A DNA stretch of 64,000 nucleotides from Bacteroidia bacterium (GTDB lineage: Bacteria > Bacteroidota > Bacteroidia > UBA8524), in contig JBBKVO010000024.1 of NCBI GenBank assembly GCA_037968475.1, forward strand, positions 68,067 to 132,066, in the 5' to 3' direction. Position numbers and translations under genes: made by a program. This document shows positions 28,563 to 37,823 of this stretch, piece by piece. Below the pieces are notes generated by a model. That model did no database searches and was not told the DNA's origin. It saw only the letters and a program-made list of their open reading frames with translations. Numbering within the stretch: position 1 is the stretch's first letter; each line of letters begins with the position of its first letter.

Positions 28563-29492
28563 CTAAGTGCCTATTTGCCATAGCTTGGCGGTTTTGTCAT
28601 CACTGCACGAAATAAGCCTATTATCATCAACCCACAAAATTTTGTTTACTGATGATGTGTGCCCGTCGTACTTTTCTTTGTCAATAACCTTTAGCAGCTC
28701 AAAAGTATCGGCATCCCATATTTTAAGGGTTTTATCCATGCTTGCCGTGGCAAAATAGTGCCCTGCGGGGCTGTATTGTATGGCGTTTATGTGCAGCCAA
28801 TGGGCATTTATGGTTTGTACTGGTGCAAAGCCTTTGTGTACTTCCCAAATTTTTAACACGGCATCCAGCCCACCGCTAAGTAAAAACGCACCGTTGGGCG
28901 AGTAAGCCAAAGCCATTACCGTATTGGTATGCCCTTGTATTTGCTGCAACAGCTCAAAACTTTCAATATCAAATACCCTAATAATAGCATCGCTATACCC
29001 CACAGCCATTTGTGGCAAGGTGGGGTGAAAGGCTATTACACGGGCTTTTTTATCGCTGTGCTGTATATTGGCAAACAGGGTAAGTGTTTCCCGATCCCAT
29101 ACCTTTAGGCTGCCTTCGCCACCTGCACTTAAAATTTTATTTCCGTGTGCAGCCAAATCAAAAATACCTGCGCGGTGCGCTTCAATATTTCGGGTTTCTT
29201 GGCGTTGTTGCATATCCAGCACGTGCAAATGGCCTGCACTGGTGCCGCACAACAACCGTTTTTCATCGCCCAAAACTAAAAACGAGTACACAGGCGAATT
29301 GGCTTTTACCAGCAATTGCCCATCGGCGGGTTGTTCAAAATTCCACTCCACCACCCAACCTTCGGCACCGCCTGTTACAAACGTATTGGGGGCAAAGCCT
29401 TTGCCCAAGCCAAACAGCGCGGCTTTGTGGCCGGTATAAGTAAACAGTTTATGGGCGTGTAGTTTGGTCAAATTGGGTATTGTGATGTCCAC
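28563..29492 (-). CDS. WD40-repeat protein
   Basis: 309 aa with ~7 repeats ending in W(D/E)/IWD. Confidence 0.7.
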   Translation of the reverse strand: MDITIPNLTKLHAHKLFTYTGHKAALFGLGKGFAPNTFVTGGAEGWVVEWNFEQPADGQLLVKANSPVYSFLVLGDEKRLLCGTSAGHLHVLDMQQRQETRNIEAHRAGIFDLAAHGNKILSAGGEGSLKVWDRETLTLFANIQHSDKKARVIAFHPTLPQMAVGYSDAIIRVFDIESFELLQQIQGHTNTVMALAYSPNGAFLLSGGLDAVLKIWEVHKGFAPVQTINAHWLHINAIQYSPAGHYFATASMDKTLKIWDADTFELLKVIDKEKYDGHTSSVNKILWVDDNRLISCSDDKTAKLWQIGT

Positions 29493-29518
29493 AAAAATAC
29501 AGCAATAGGAAAAAGAAG

Positions 29519-30511
29519 TTACTCTCTTAATAATAACCCTAAATCATAAGTGCCTGAAATGCCAGAATAATAATGAGACTCTTTTATCTCGTCCTTAAAA
29601 TAGGTTCTCTTTTCCCCATTCTTTAAATCTATGATGCGCATCTTAGTGTCTGACGACGTGTCATTAAGGCAAATAATATTTTCTCCGCTATGTAGAGTTA
29701 AATACAACACTTTTTTCTCTTTAGATAACATTTCACAAACAGAACCATTAGAAGTATTTGTACATTCACCAATATAATACGCGTTGGTTTCACTTTTATT
29801 TAGTTGAAAAATCTTAACAGTGTCTACAAGAAAATCAAAGGTGAAGTTTTTTTGTGTATTCTTATGTTTGATGGCAAAACCTATTGATAGTGTTGGGTAT
29901 TTAAGAATATATGATGTGCTGTTTTGAAGTGACGAAGTCATATCTTTTTGGTAGCTACCATCCTCGATAACTAACCTACTGGGCCAATAATTGCTTGTCG
30001 TCGATTTTTTATGAGTCGTGGTAGTTGCAAAATAATTATTGCTACTTGCCCATTGATAATTAAACGTATATAACTCCTTACCTAAGGAAGAAATTGATGA
30101 TGTAAAACGAGAAGTGCTTTTATGCGCGGGGATTATTGTTGTATTTGATGTTTTTTGAGCAACATTTTGGTCGAGGATGTTTTCTTCTAAAATATCAGGA
30201 TTAAATAGTTTTTGAGAGTTTCCCGTTGGCTCTACCAAATAAGATTCATCCCAAATAATAAAAGCATTATCATCGGTATTATTTGTTATTTTAAACCAAA
30301 CGCCTTGCCCTGTCAATGCAAAATTAAACTCAAAACTATCTTGGGGAGTAATATTAGATTTTGTAGTCTTACTCTTTATGGAATAAAGAAAAACAGTTGG
30401 TTTACAACTAAAAGAGATAAGCGCAAAAGAAAAGATAAGTAAAAAAAATTTAGCCATAAGCAAAGATATAAAAAGAATAACTTGTTCGATATTACTTTTG
30501 AAGTGTGCCAA
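29519..30511 (-). CDS. Hypothetical lipoprotein (lipobox ISFSC), low GC
   Basis: 330-aa ORF, S/T/N-rich, AT-rich codon usage. The probable true start is an internal Met (MAKFFLL...). Confidence 0.4.
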   Translation of the reverse strand: MAHFKSNIEQVILFISLLMAKFFLLIFSFALISFSCKPTVFLYSIKSKTTKSNITPQDSFEFNFALTGQGVWFKITNNTDDNAFIIWDESYLVEPTGNSQKLFNPDILEENILDQNVAQKTSNTTIIPAHKSTSRFTSSISSLGKELYTFNYQWASSNNYFATTTTHKKSTTSNYWPSRLVIEDGSYQKDMTSSLQNSTSYILKYPTLSIGFAIKHKNTQKNFTFDFLVDTVKIFQLNKSETNAYYIGECTNTSNGSVCEMLSKEKKVLYLTLHSGENIICLNDTSSDTKMRIIDLKNGEKRTYFKDEIKESHYYSGISGTYDLGLLLRE

Positions 30512-31134
30512 TAGTCCTGCAAAAATACCCTAATGCCGATACAGAATTGGCGGTGTGGAAAATTACTGAAAGCGTTGAGGAACTGAAAGAGATGCTTTGG
30601 ATGTTTCCGTTTGAAGAATTTAAGTTTCCCAGTCGCAACCAGCAATGGCTATCAAGCCGCGTATTGCTGCAAGAGGTATTGAAAAACAAAACGGAAGAAA
30701 AGCACCTGAAAGTGCTGAAACAACCGAACGGAAGACCTTTTATTGATGGTTTGGGCTATAATTTTAGCATGAGCCACTCAGCAGAGTATGCGGCAGTATT
30801 GGTGAGCAAAACGGGCAGTGTGGGAGTTGATATTGAAGAGATAAACGAACGAATAAAAAAAATAGCCCGCAAGTTTATAAACGAATACGAGTGGCAGCAC
30901 TTGGCTGGCGAAAACGACTTGCACACTATGTATTTGATATGGAGTGCCAAAGAAGCTATTTTTAAATGGTTTGGCGATGGGCAGGTAGATTTTAGAAAAA
31001 ATATGCAGATACTTTTTCCTATTGCTGAAAACGCAACCGAGTTTGAAGCTGTATTACTGAAAGAGAAAGAATATAACCTAACCATACACACCGAAATTGT
31101 TGACGAACAATACCGCTTGTGTTGGGTGTATTGA
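30505..31134 (+). CDS. 4'-phosphopantetheinyl transferase, Sfp/EntD type
   Basis: 209 aa. NFSMSHS and WSAKEAIFKWFG motifs. Confidence 0.7.
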   Translation: MPIVLQKYPNADTELAVWKITESVEELKEMLWMFPFEEFKFPSRNQQWLSSRVLLQEVLKNKTEEKHLKVLKQPNGRPFIDGLGYNFSMSHSAEYAAVLVSKTGSVGVDIEEINERIKKIARKFINEYEWQHLAGENDLHTMYLIWSAKEAIFKWFGDGQVDFRKNMQILFPIAENATEFEAVLLKEKEYNLTIHTEIVDEQYRLCWVY

Positions 31135-31143
31135 TGTGAAATT

Positions 31144-31701
31144 ATGAGAAAATTAAAGGCATTGGTATTTATTCTAGTTGTTCTCACGTTAGGTTGTGAA
31201 ATGAAAACGTACACACTTCAAAATGGAATAACAAAGGTTCCTGTTGACTCAACTGTATATAAGAATAAATCTAAATTTGATAAAAGTCTCCTAACTATTA
31301 TAGATACTGGGGTGATATATGAAGAATACAGGTCTGAAAAGAAAATCTTATCGAGATTGGATAGTGATATTACTACAAGTATTTATGGAGTTATAAGGTT
31401 TTATTCAAATGGATGCTATAATAATTTTTATATTAATAGAGATAATATGTTAGATTCAAATGATTTTAATCCTTTATATAATGGTAAAAGAGGAGTTTAT
31501 TATAAGGAAGGAAACCAAATTCGGTATGATTTGTATGCAGAAAGTAATCAACAAGGGCATATTGGGTTGTTAACTGGCACTTTTGTTTTTAGCAATGATA
31601 CTTTATATAAGTACACTTACAGTGATTATTTAAAACAGCCTAGTATCTATATTAAACGGAGGCTGCCCACAGGGTATTTAGATTATAGTGCCAATTGGTA
31701 G
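31144..31701 (+). CDS. Hypothetical lipoprotein (MRKLKALV...LTLGC), low GC
   Basis: 185 aa. The signal peptide and lipobox are seen in the sequence. The first 9 codons are shared with the ORF at 31911. Confidence 0.45.
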   Translation: MRKLKALVFILVVLTLGCEMKTYTLQNGITKVPVDSTVYKNKSKFDKSLLTIIDTGVIYEEYRSEKKILSRLDSDITTSIYGVIRFYSNGCYNNFYINRDNMLDSNDFNPLYNGKRGVYYKEGNQIRYDLYAESNQQGHIGLLTGTFVFSNDTLYKYTYSDYLKQPSIYIKRRLPTGYLDYSANW

Positions 31702-31713
31702 TGAAGGTATTGG

Positions 31714-31901
31714 AGCGAAAAGCCATTTTTAAATGGTTTGGCGATGGCCAGGTTGATTTTAGAAAAAATATGCAGATATTTTTTCCTATTGCTGAAAGTG
31801 CCACCGAGTTTGAAGCGGTATTGCTAAAAGAGAAAGAATATAACCTAACCATACACACCGAAATTGTAGACGAACAATACCGCTTGTGTTGGGTGTATTG
31901 A
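31714..31901 (+). pseudogene. Duplicated 3' fragment of the PPTase gene (last ~58 codons)
   Basis: The 68-aa ORF tail KAIFKWFGDGQVDFRKNMQIFFPIAESATEFEAVLLKEKEYNLTIHTEIVDEQYRLCWVY is near-identical to the C-terminus of 30505-31134. It is part of a 226-bp direct repeat (30947-31172 versus 31714-31939, ~93% identical). Confidence 0.7.
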
Positions 31902-31910
31902 GGTAAAATT

Positions 31911-32402
31911 ATGAGAAAATTAAAGGCATTAGTATTGTTAGTTATTGCTGTTTTAAGTGTTTTTGTTTTTTGTAAAGTGAAAAGCTTTTATACTTTTCAA
32001 GAAACAATTAAGCCTGTAATGAAGTACGACACATTGTGGAGGATGATAGGCTATTCAGTTGAGTCTTATACTAAGGAATTTCCTGAAGATTCTGTGATTA
32101 CTATTAAAGATATACAAGATTTTATTGGGTGTGATACGTCTACAAAAAGTTATGGGAATTTTGCTTTTATATATGCCGCTGAATATAATTTTTTCCGACA
32201 GGAAAATATTAGAATCCAAAGAGTAGATTCTCTAGACAAAGTTTTTGTTTATTATGAATTAAATAGTGCCTATCCCATTGCTGAATTTAATCCCTATGAA
32301 AAAGGTTTTTTTGATTTTTTATTTTTGAGGAAAAATATTTTGATTAATGAGGTTAATATTTGGCATAAACGTAAAGACGTCAGAACAGCTTATCCAAATT
32401 AA
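31911..32402 (+). CDS. Hypothetical secreted protein or lipoprotein. It shares only the first 9 codons (MRKLKALVL) with 31144-31701 and is low GC.
   Basis: 163-aa ORF. Its start lies inside the downstream copy of the direct repeat. Confidence 0.4.
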   Translation: MRKLKALVLLVIAVLSVFVFCKVKSFYTFQETIKPVMKYDTLWRMIGYSVESYTKEFPEDSVITIKDIQDFIGCDTSTKSYGNFAFIYAAEYNFFRQENIRIQRVDSLDKVFVYYELNSAYPIAEFNPYEKGFFDFLFLRKNILINEVNIWHKRKDVRTAYPN

Positions 32403-32439
32403 AGTACGCCGATTACTCAAAAGTGATTTCCATCCCCTT

Positions 32440-32540
32440 ACGAACTAACCTTGCTCAAGGGGGACAATACAGCGCGAGTTATTATTTAATAGTTTGTGCG
32501 GTATTTGTCATCCTGAGCGGAGTCGAAGGAGAGCGAGGGG
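32440..32540 (+). repeat. Hairpin-repeat family copy (internal motif caagggggacaatacagcg ... core TGTCATCCTGAGCGGAGTCGAAGGAGAGCGAGGGG)
   Basis: Aligned to the copies at 27683-27733 and 32945-32978. Confidence 0.55.
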
Positions 32541-32548
32541 TAAAACGT

Positions 32549-32857
32549 TTATTTATTTTTATAATGAGAGCTGTTTTTGCATACGGCTAATTCTTTTAGC
32601 AACTCAAAATCGCCATTAATCAGTGCTTCTTTTTTCTTTCTACTCCAACCTTTTAGTTGTTTTTCAAAAGCTATAGCAAGAGTTGCAATAGTAAACTCAG
32701 TAGTAAATAATAAATTAACAGGTCGGCGTTCAAATGTATAGGCTTTGTTGTCCGCACTCGTGTTATGTTCCTCTAACCTACGGTTTATATCATTGGTTAT
32801 ACCTGTGTAGTATGAACCATCAGAGCACTTTACTATATAAACAATATAAAGTTTCAC
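32549..32857 (-). CDS. GIY-YIG nuclease family protein (UPF0213/COG2827-like), probable GTG start
   Basis: (V)KLYIVYIVKCSDGSYYTGITNDINRRLEEHN is the canonical GIY-YIG N-terminal motif. The ATG-initiated 133-aa track ORF runs into the flanking repeat and is taken as an artefactual extension. Confidence 0.65.
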   Translation of the reverse strand: MKLYIVYIVKCSDGSYYTGITNDINRRLEEHNTSADNKAYTFERRPVNLLFTTEFTIATLAIAFEKQLKGWSRKKKEALINGDFELLKELAVCKNSSHYKNK

Positions 32858-32905
32858 TTGCGGCAATATAACCGAATTTTTAATTGGCTTGGCCACCACA
32901 CCGTG

Positions 32906-32978
32906 CCTCGACTCCGCTCGGCATGACACAGCGCGCTGTGCGGCTGTCATCCTGAGCGGAGTCGAAGGAGAGCGAGGG
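32906..32978. repeat. Inverted pair of hairpin-repeat cores (32906-32928 reverse, 32945-32978 forward) forming a ~23-bp stem with a 16-nt loop
   Basis: cctcgactccgctcggcatgaca ... tgtcatcctgagcggagtcgaagg. Confidence 0.6.
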
Positions 32979-32984
32979 TTGGGA

Positions 32985-34052
32985 TTAAAACTTAACGCCT
33001 AATTTAACGCCTAATTCTTCCAAGTCTTTTGTTACGGCATCGGTAAGGGGTATACCATTTTGCAGGCGGTTTTCTTGCTCAAAAATTTCGGGTTCGCCGG
33101 GTATTAGCACTTTTTTGCCTTCAATAGCAGGTGATGCCTTAAAGCGTTCTATCCAATTTTCAATATTTTTATTGTATTCGTCCATCGGGCGAAAACCATC
33201 TACCCGCATAGCTCCCACAAAATGACCGATACCTTGTCCCGGCATATCAGCAGCAAGGGGCAAAAAACTAACAAAAGGGGGCACCCACGGGCCATAGTTT
33301 GCACCTGATAATACCGCCGAAAATATATCTACCACCGCCGCCAGCGCATAGCCTTTGTGTCCCGCCTCTTCCATACTGCCAAGGGGTAGCAATGCGCCGC
33401 CTTTTTTCAGTTCGGCAGGGTCGGTACTGGGTTGTCCGTCTTTGGTTTGTACCCAACCTTCGGGGATGCTTTTGTTTAGTCGCTGAGCTATTTCCAGTTT
33501 TCCGTTTGCCGCTGCCGATGTGGCTAAATCGCTTACAACGGGTGTATATTTTCCCGCAGGCATAGCAAAACACATGGGGTTGGTGCCCAGTAAACGCTCA
33601 GTACTGTTGGTAGGGGCTACTAGCGGACTGGCATTGGTCATACTAATGCCAATCATATTTTGTTCTGTTGCCATTAGGGCATGGTAGGCCGCAATACCAA
33701 AGTGGTTAGAGTTTTTTATGGCTACCCATCCGCTGCCTACGTTGTTGGCTTTTTCAATAGCTATTTCCATAGCTTTTGGGGCTACTACCAAGCCCAAACC
33801 TTCATCGCCATCTACTGTGGCGGTGGATGGGGTTTGGTGGACTATTTTAATATTGGGTTTGGGGTTTATACGGCCTGCTTCCCATAGGCGCACGTAGCCC
33901 GATAGGCGGGCAACACCATGCGAATCAATTCCGCGTATATCAGCCTTTACCAAAACATTGGTGGCAAGGGTAGCATCAGCATCGCTGCAACCCATTTTAG
34001 TAAAAACCGAATGACAAAAGTTTTCTAAGTGTTGTTTTGTGTAGGTATTCAT
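32985..34052 (-). CDS. Ldh_2 family (malate/L-lactate/sulfolactate dehydrogenase-like) oxidoreductase
   Basis: 355 aa. N-terminal region GIDSHGVARL is typical of Ldh_2. Confidence 0.65.
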   Translation of the reverse strand: MNTYTKQHLENFCHSVFTKMGCSDADATLATNVLVKADIRGIDSHGVARLSGYVRLWEAGRINPKPNIKIVHQTPSTATVDGDEGLGLVVAPKAMEIAIEKANNVGSGWVAIKNSNHFGIAAYHALMATEQNMIGISMTNASPLVAPTNSTERLLGTNPMCFAMPAGKYTPVVSDLATSAAANGKLEIAQRLNKSIPEGWVQTKDGQPSTDPAELKKGGALLPLGSMEEAGHKGYALAAVVDIFSAVLSGANYGPWVPPFVSFLPLAADMPGQGIGHFVGAMRVDGFRPMDEYNKNIENWIERFKASPAIEGKKVLIPGEPEIFEQENRLQNGIPLTDAVTKDLEELGVKLGVKF

Positions 34053-34130
34053 TTATTAGCTGTTAGCGCTTAGCTTTTGGCTCTTAGCTAATTGCTAAAG
34101 GCTAAACAGCCAATAGTTAACAGCCAAAAA

Positions 34131-34874
34131 TTACCCAATTGCTTCGGCCAGCAAATCTACAATATGCACAGGTTTTAGGGGAAGATTTTTCTTATTTATA
34201 TAAGCCTCAATATGCATCAAACAACCTGGGTCGTTTGATACTATATAGTCAGCCCCAGTTTCCAAAGCATCATTCACTTTTTGTTCGGCAAGGGCTACTG
34301 ATACGGATTCGTAATTGGTAGAGAAGAAACCACCAAAACCGCAGCACTCCTCAGGGCTTTTCATTTCTATCAATTCTAAGCCTTTAATATTTTTCAAAAG
34401 GGTGCGCGGTGCTGTTTTTATACCACATTTTAGCGATTGGCAGCTATCGTGGTAGCACACTTTAGCATTAAGCGTAAGCCCTAAGTCTTCCTTTTTCAGC
34501 TCGTCAACAATAAACTCACATATCTCGTGCAGGTTTTTTTGCAAGCGTTTGCAGGGGTTGTGCAACATACTGTTGTTAAACAAAGTAGTATACCATTGGC
34601 GCACCATACCCGTACACGCTCCCGAAATGGAAACCGCAGGCCTATCGTACTGAAACTCGCGGATAAATTTTTCGCCAATCAGTTTGGCATCGTCAAAATA
34701 ACCATCGGTATAGGCAGGCAGTCCGCAACAGGTTTGTTCGGGCTCGTAGTTCACCTTACAGCCCAAAAACTCTAATACCTTCACCATATTAAAACCTGTT
34801 TCAGGCTTCAATTGGTCGGTAAGGCAGGGTATATGAATATCTACAGTTAGTTGCTGGGTGCGCACTTGTACCAT
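34131..34874 (-). CDS. Cysteine-rich (CCG-domain) Fe-S oxidoreductase subunit, LutA/GlcF-like
   Basis: 247 aa with two CCG-type cysteine clusters (CCGLP...C and CCGFGG). Confidence 0.6.
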   Translation of the reverse strand: MVQVRTQQLTVDIHIPCLTDQLKPETGFNMVKVLEFLGCKVNYEPEQTCCGLPAYTDGYFDDAKLIGEKFIREFQYDRPAVSISGACTGMVRQWYTTLFNNSMLHNPCKRLQKNLHEICEFIVDELKKEDLGLTLNAKVCYHDSCQSLKCGIKTAPRTLLKNIKGLELIEMKSPEECCGFGGFFSTNYESVSVALAEQKVNDALETGADYIVSNDPGCLMHIEAYINKKNLPLKPVHIVDLLAEAIG

Positions 34875-35039
34875 TGTTTACAAACCTACATTTTTTTGCA
34901 ATGTGTAAATATACTTGCTGTCAACATTTGTTAACAGGCGGTTAATAATGGGCGTTGTACACTGGTTTACTAGGGATTTAAAACCTATTCTTTATGTATT
35001 TACCACACCTTTAAAAGTAAAATGTATTTTTGCCTACTT

Positions 35040-36923
35040 ATGAAAAAGATACTCTTTGCTGCAATACTTCTTTTTACTGTTAATAGCTTTCTAAAAGCAC
35101 AAGGCACCGTACCTCATATATATAGCAATGTATATGCTGACGGCAAAGGCCGTTTGTATATAAAAGACAGTACAGGCAACTATTATTTAGAAAACAGTAC
35201 CCCGCGTTATACTTTAGAGCAACTAAAAGGTATGCCCAAAAGCGATAACAATGGCATTTCTTTTTATTTTGGAGAAGGGTTTAACGGGTTATTATACTAC
35301 GGATTTATTCCCTACGGAGATAGTAAACACCCTATGCCTGTTTACTTTAAAGATGCTGTTAAAATTGAAAAAGGCGTTGCGCTTATAAATATAAAAGAAA
35401 AACTAAGCGGCAAATACGACATGATAGGCTGGGAAGAAAGCGGCAAGGGAACTGTGGGCTATCGTGTATTGAATGAAGCGGGAGAGATATTGTACGATGG
35501 TAAAGTGAGTTTTAGCGGCAAAGGCCCTTTTAAAGTAGCTACTACTATTACCGAAGGCCCTTTTGTGAATTTACTAACCGATAACGGCGCGACTATTTCT
35601 TTTGAGACTAGCCAAGCTGTACTTGCCAATATAGTGGTAGACGGCAAAACCTTTGCCGATAAAAAAGCTACCCAACACCACGAGATTGTTGTAAAAGGAC
35701 TAAGCTCTGCCAAAGAGCACAGCTATACCGTAAACTATGGAAGTGATAAACAAACCTATTCATTTACCACTGCACCAAAAAAAGGCACGCGCGGTTATTT
35801 TGTATTTGCTTATGGTAGCGACTCGCGCAACGGAAACGGCGGCGGTGAACGCAGCGTATACGGCGCCAATTTTTACATAATGAAAAAAATAATGGCGTTG
35901 AACAAACACAAAAACGTTGCGTTTGCTCAATTTTCAGGAGATTTGATTGACGGCTATTTGCAAGACAAAGGCGAAATGGATTTGCAGTATGCCAACTGGA
36001 AACGTGCCGTTGAGCCGTTTGCACACTATTTCCCTGTATATATTAGTATGGGTAATCACGAGGCGCTTTCAAGTGTATTTAAACAAGAAGGAGCTAAAGG
36101 CGGAAGTATTGAAGTAGATAAATTTCCGTTTGAGACAGAGAGTGCTGAGGCAGTATTTGCCAATAATTTTGTAAACCCTAGCAATGGCCCCGCTAGCGAA
36201 GATGGTGCCAGTTACGACCCTGATTTCAAAAACAAAGATTTCCCTCCGTACGATGAAAACGTATTTTATTATACCTACGATAATGTGGCGATGGTAGTGC
36301 TAAACAGCAACTATTGGTACAGCCCTAGCGGAGGCAAAGTTGGCCTAAGCAGCGGCAACCGCCATGCGTATATTATGGATAAACAATTGGAGTGGCTAGA
36401 AAACACCTTAAAAGTATTAGAGCAAGATAGCAGTATAGACCATGTTTTCCTTACCCTGCATACTCCGTTTTTCCCTAATGGTGGACACGTTAAAGACGAT
36501 ATGTGGTATGGTGGTGATAACACCCCGCGCCCTGTAATAAAAGGCGTGCCTGTGCAAAAAGGTATTATCGAACGTCGCGACCAATTGCTTGACCTTTTGG
36601 TGAACAAAAGCACTAAAACGGTTGCTATACTTACGGGTGATGAGCACAACTATTGCAAAACCGAAATAAACAACGAAACCCAACGCTACCCCGAAGGTTG
36701 GACATTGCCCAAAATTGGTTTAACTCGTACCATATACCAAATAAATAATGGCGCAGCAGGTGCTCCTTACTATGCGCAAGAGAAAACTCCTTGGAGTGCG
36801 AAAACATCAGGGTTTACAACACAGAATGCAATAATATACTTTCACGTTGAAGGAAAAACAATTGGCGTAGAAGTAGTGAACCCCGATACCTTAGAAGAAA
36901 TAGAGTCTTTTGATTTGAAATAG
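35040..36923 (+). CDS. Calcineurin-like metallophosphoesterase (purple-acid-phosphatase-like) with a signal peptide
   Basis: GDLIDG ... MGNHE ... GDEHNY metallophosphatase motifs. Start taken at MKKILFAAILLF (35040) rather than the track start at 35022. A TATTTTTG box lies at 35025-35032. Confidence 0.6.
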   Translation: MKKILFAAILLFTVNSFLKAQGTVPHIYSNVYADGKGRLYIKDSTGNYYLENSTPRYTLEQLKGMPKSDNNGISFYFGEGFNGLLYYGFIPYGDSKHPMPVYFKDAVKIEKGVALINIKEKLSGKYDMIGWEESGKGTVGYRVLNEAGEILYDGKVSFSGKGPFKVATTITEGPFVNLLTDNGATISFETSQAVLANIVVDGKTFADKKATQHHEIVVKGLSSAKEHSYTVNYGSDKQTYSFTTAPKKGTRGYFVFAYGSDSRNGNGGGERSVYGANFYIMKKIMALNKHKNVAFAQFSGDLIDGYLQDKGEMDLQYANWKRAVEPFAHYFPVYISMGNHEALSSVFKQEGAKGGSIEVDKFPFETESAEAVFANNFVNPSNGPASEDGASYDPDFKNKDFPPYDENVFYYTYDNVAMVVLNSNYWYSPSGGKVGLSSGNRHAYIMDKQLEWLENTLKVLEQDSSIDHVFLTLHTPFFPNGGHVKDDMWYGGDNTPRPVIKGVPVQKGIIERRDQLLDLLVNKSTKTVAILTGDEHNYCKTEINNETQRYPEGWTLPKIGLTRTIYQINNGAAGAPYYAQEKTPWSAKTSGFTTQNAIIYFHVEGKTIGVEVVNPDTLEEIESFDLK

Positions 36924-37162
36924 ACAGAGGTTTTCTTTTTTGCCCCTTGTAAGTATTAAAACCTTTAAAAGAGGTAATCAAGCATTTATGTTAATAAACA
37001 AAGCAATCTTTTAGAAAATAAAAAGAGATTAAGCGTTAAGCAATCAATACCTGAAACTCAAAAAAGTAATAAGAGAAGAAATTGAGAACCTTGGCAATAT
37101 TTTGGCATAGTATAGTTAACCCTAAAAACTGATACTTAACAAGAAGGGTTTTGATTAGATGT

Positions 37163-37783
37163 ATGAAAAAAGCCTTTGTTTTACTTTTTTTATCTTTATT
37201 ATTTGCTTCGTGCAAAGTGGGCAAAAGAAATGAGAGGTTAACAAATGTCTTCTTTTTCAGTTCATCAGGTAAAAAAGCCCTTTGCCAGATGCCCATTTTT
37301 GATAATGCGTATTATTATGTTGAATTTGATGAGTTTAATAATGTAAAATTATTAGAGCGAGCATCAATTTATAAAGACACGCTTTTTTTTGAAGAAAGAA
37401 AAGAAAATACTAGCGTGAATTTCCATGAATTTATTGAAGACAATAATTTCACTAAAGTTAACGCTAAAAGAAAAGTAGATATTGCTTCTTTTGAAAGTTA
37501 TACAAAGCTTTTAGCCCCCTGGCCTAGCATTCATCAAATAACAAAAGACTCAACGCTATTATTCAAAAGCCTTTTTAGTGTAACCTATAATACAAAAACT
37601 ATTGTAAGCGATACATTTTATCAAAACTATCGTTCAGTCATTCCTGACACTAAAACGATTTCAATACAAATATTTCAAAATAAGCAATATAAGTTTGCCT
37701 TCATTACGCATGTTTGGTCGGTTGAAGAAAAATATGATATTTATTCAAAATATCAAGACTATATAATTCTGTTAGAGGACTGA
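37163..37783 (+). CDS. Hypothetical lipoprotein (MKKAFVLLFLSLLFASC), low GC
   Basis: ORF 37151-37783 with the probable start at 37163. No family recognised. Confidence 0.4.
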   Translation: MKKAFVLLFLSLLFASCKVGKRNERLTNVFFFSSSGKKALCQMPIFDNAYYYVEFDEFNNVKLLERASIYKDTLFFEERKENTSVNFHEFIEDNNFTKVNAKRKVDIASFESYTKLLAPWPSIHQITKDSTLLFKSLFSVTYNTKTIVSDTFYQNYRSVIPDTKTISIQIFQNKQYKFAFITHVWSVEEKYDIYSKYQDYIILLED

Positions 37784-37823
37784 CAGTGAGATTTTTTATA
37801 GCTGCCCATTTTTTTTAATAATA

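Noticed and set aside
32858-32950. N-terminal 31 codons of the 133-aa GIY-YIG ORF (MTAAQRAVSCRAESRHG...)
   Set aside because: This stretch is encoded by the hairpin repeat. The GIY-YIG motif begins right after an in-frame GTG, which is taken as the start.
35022-35039. Track start (MYFCLLMKK) for the metallophosphoesterase
   Set aside because: A TATTTTTG -7 box overlaps it, and the downstream Met gives a canonical signal peptide. The start was moved to 35040.
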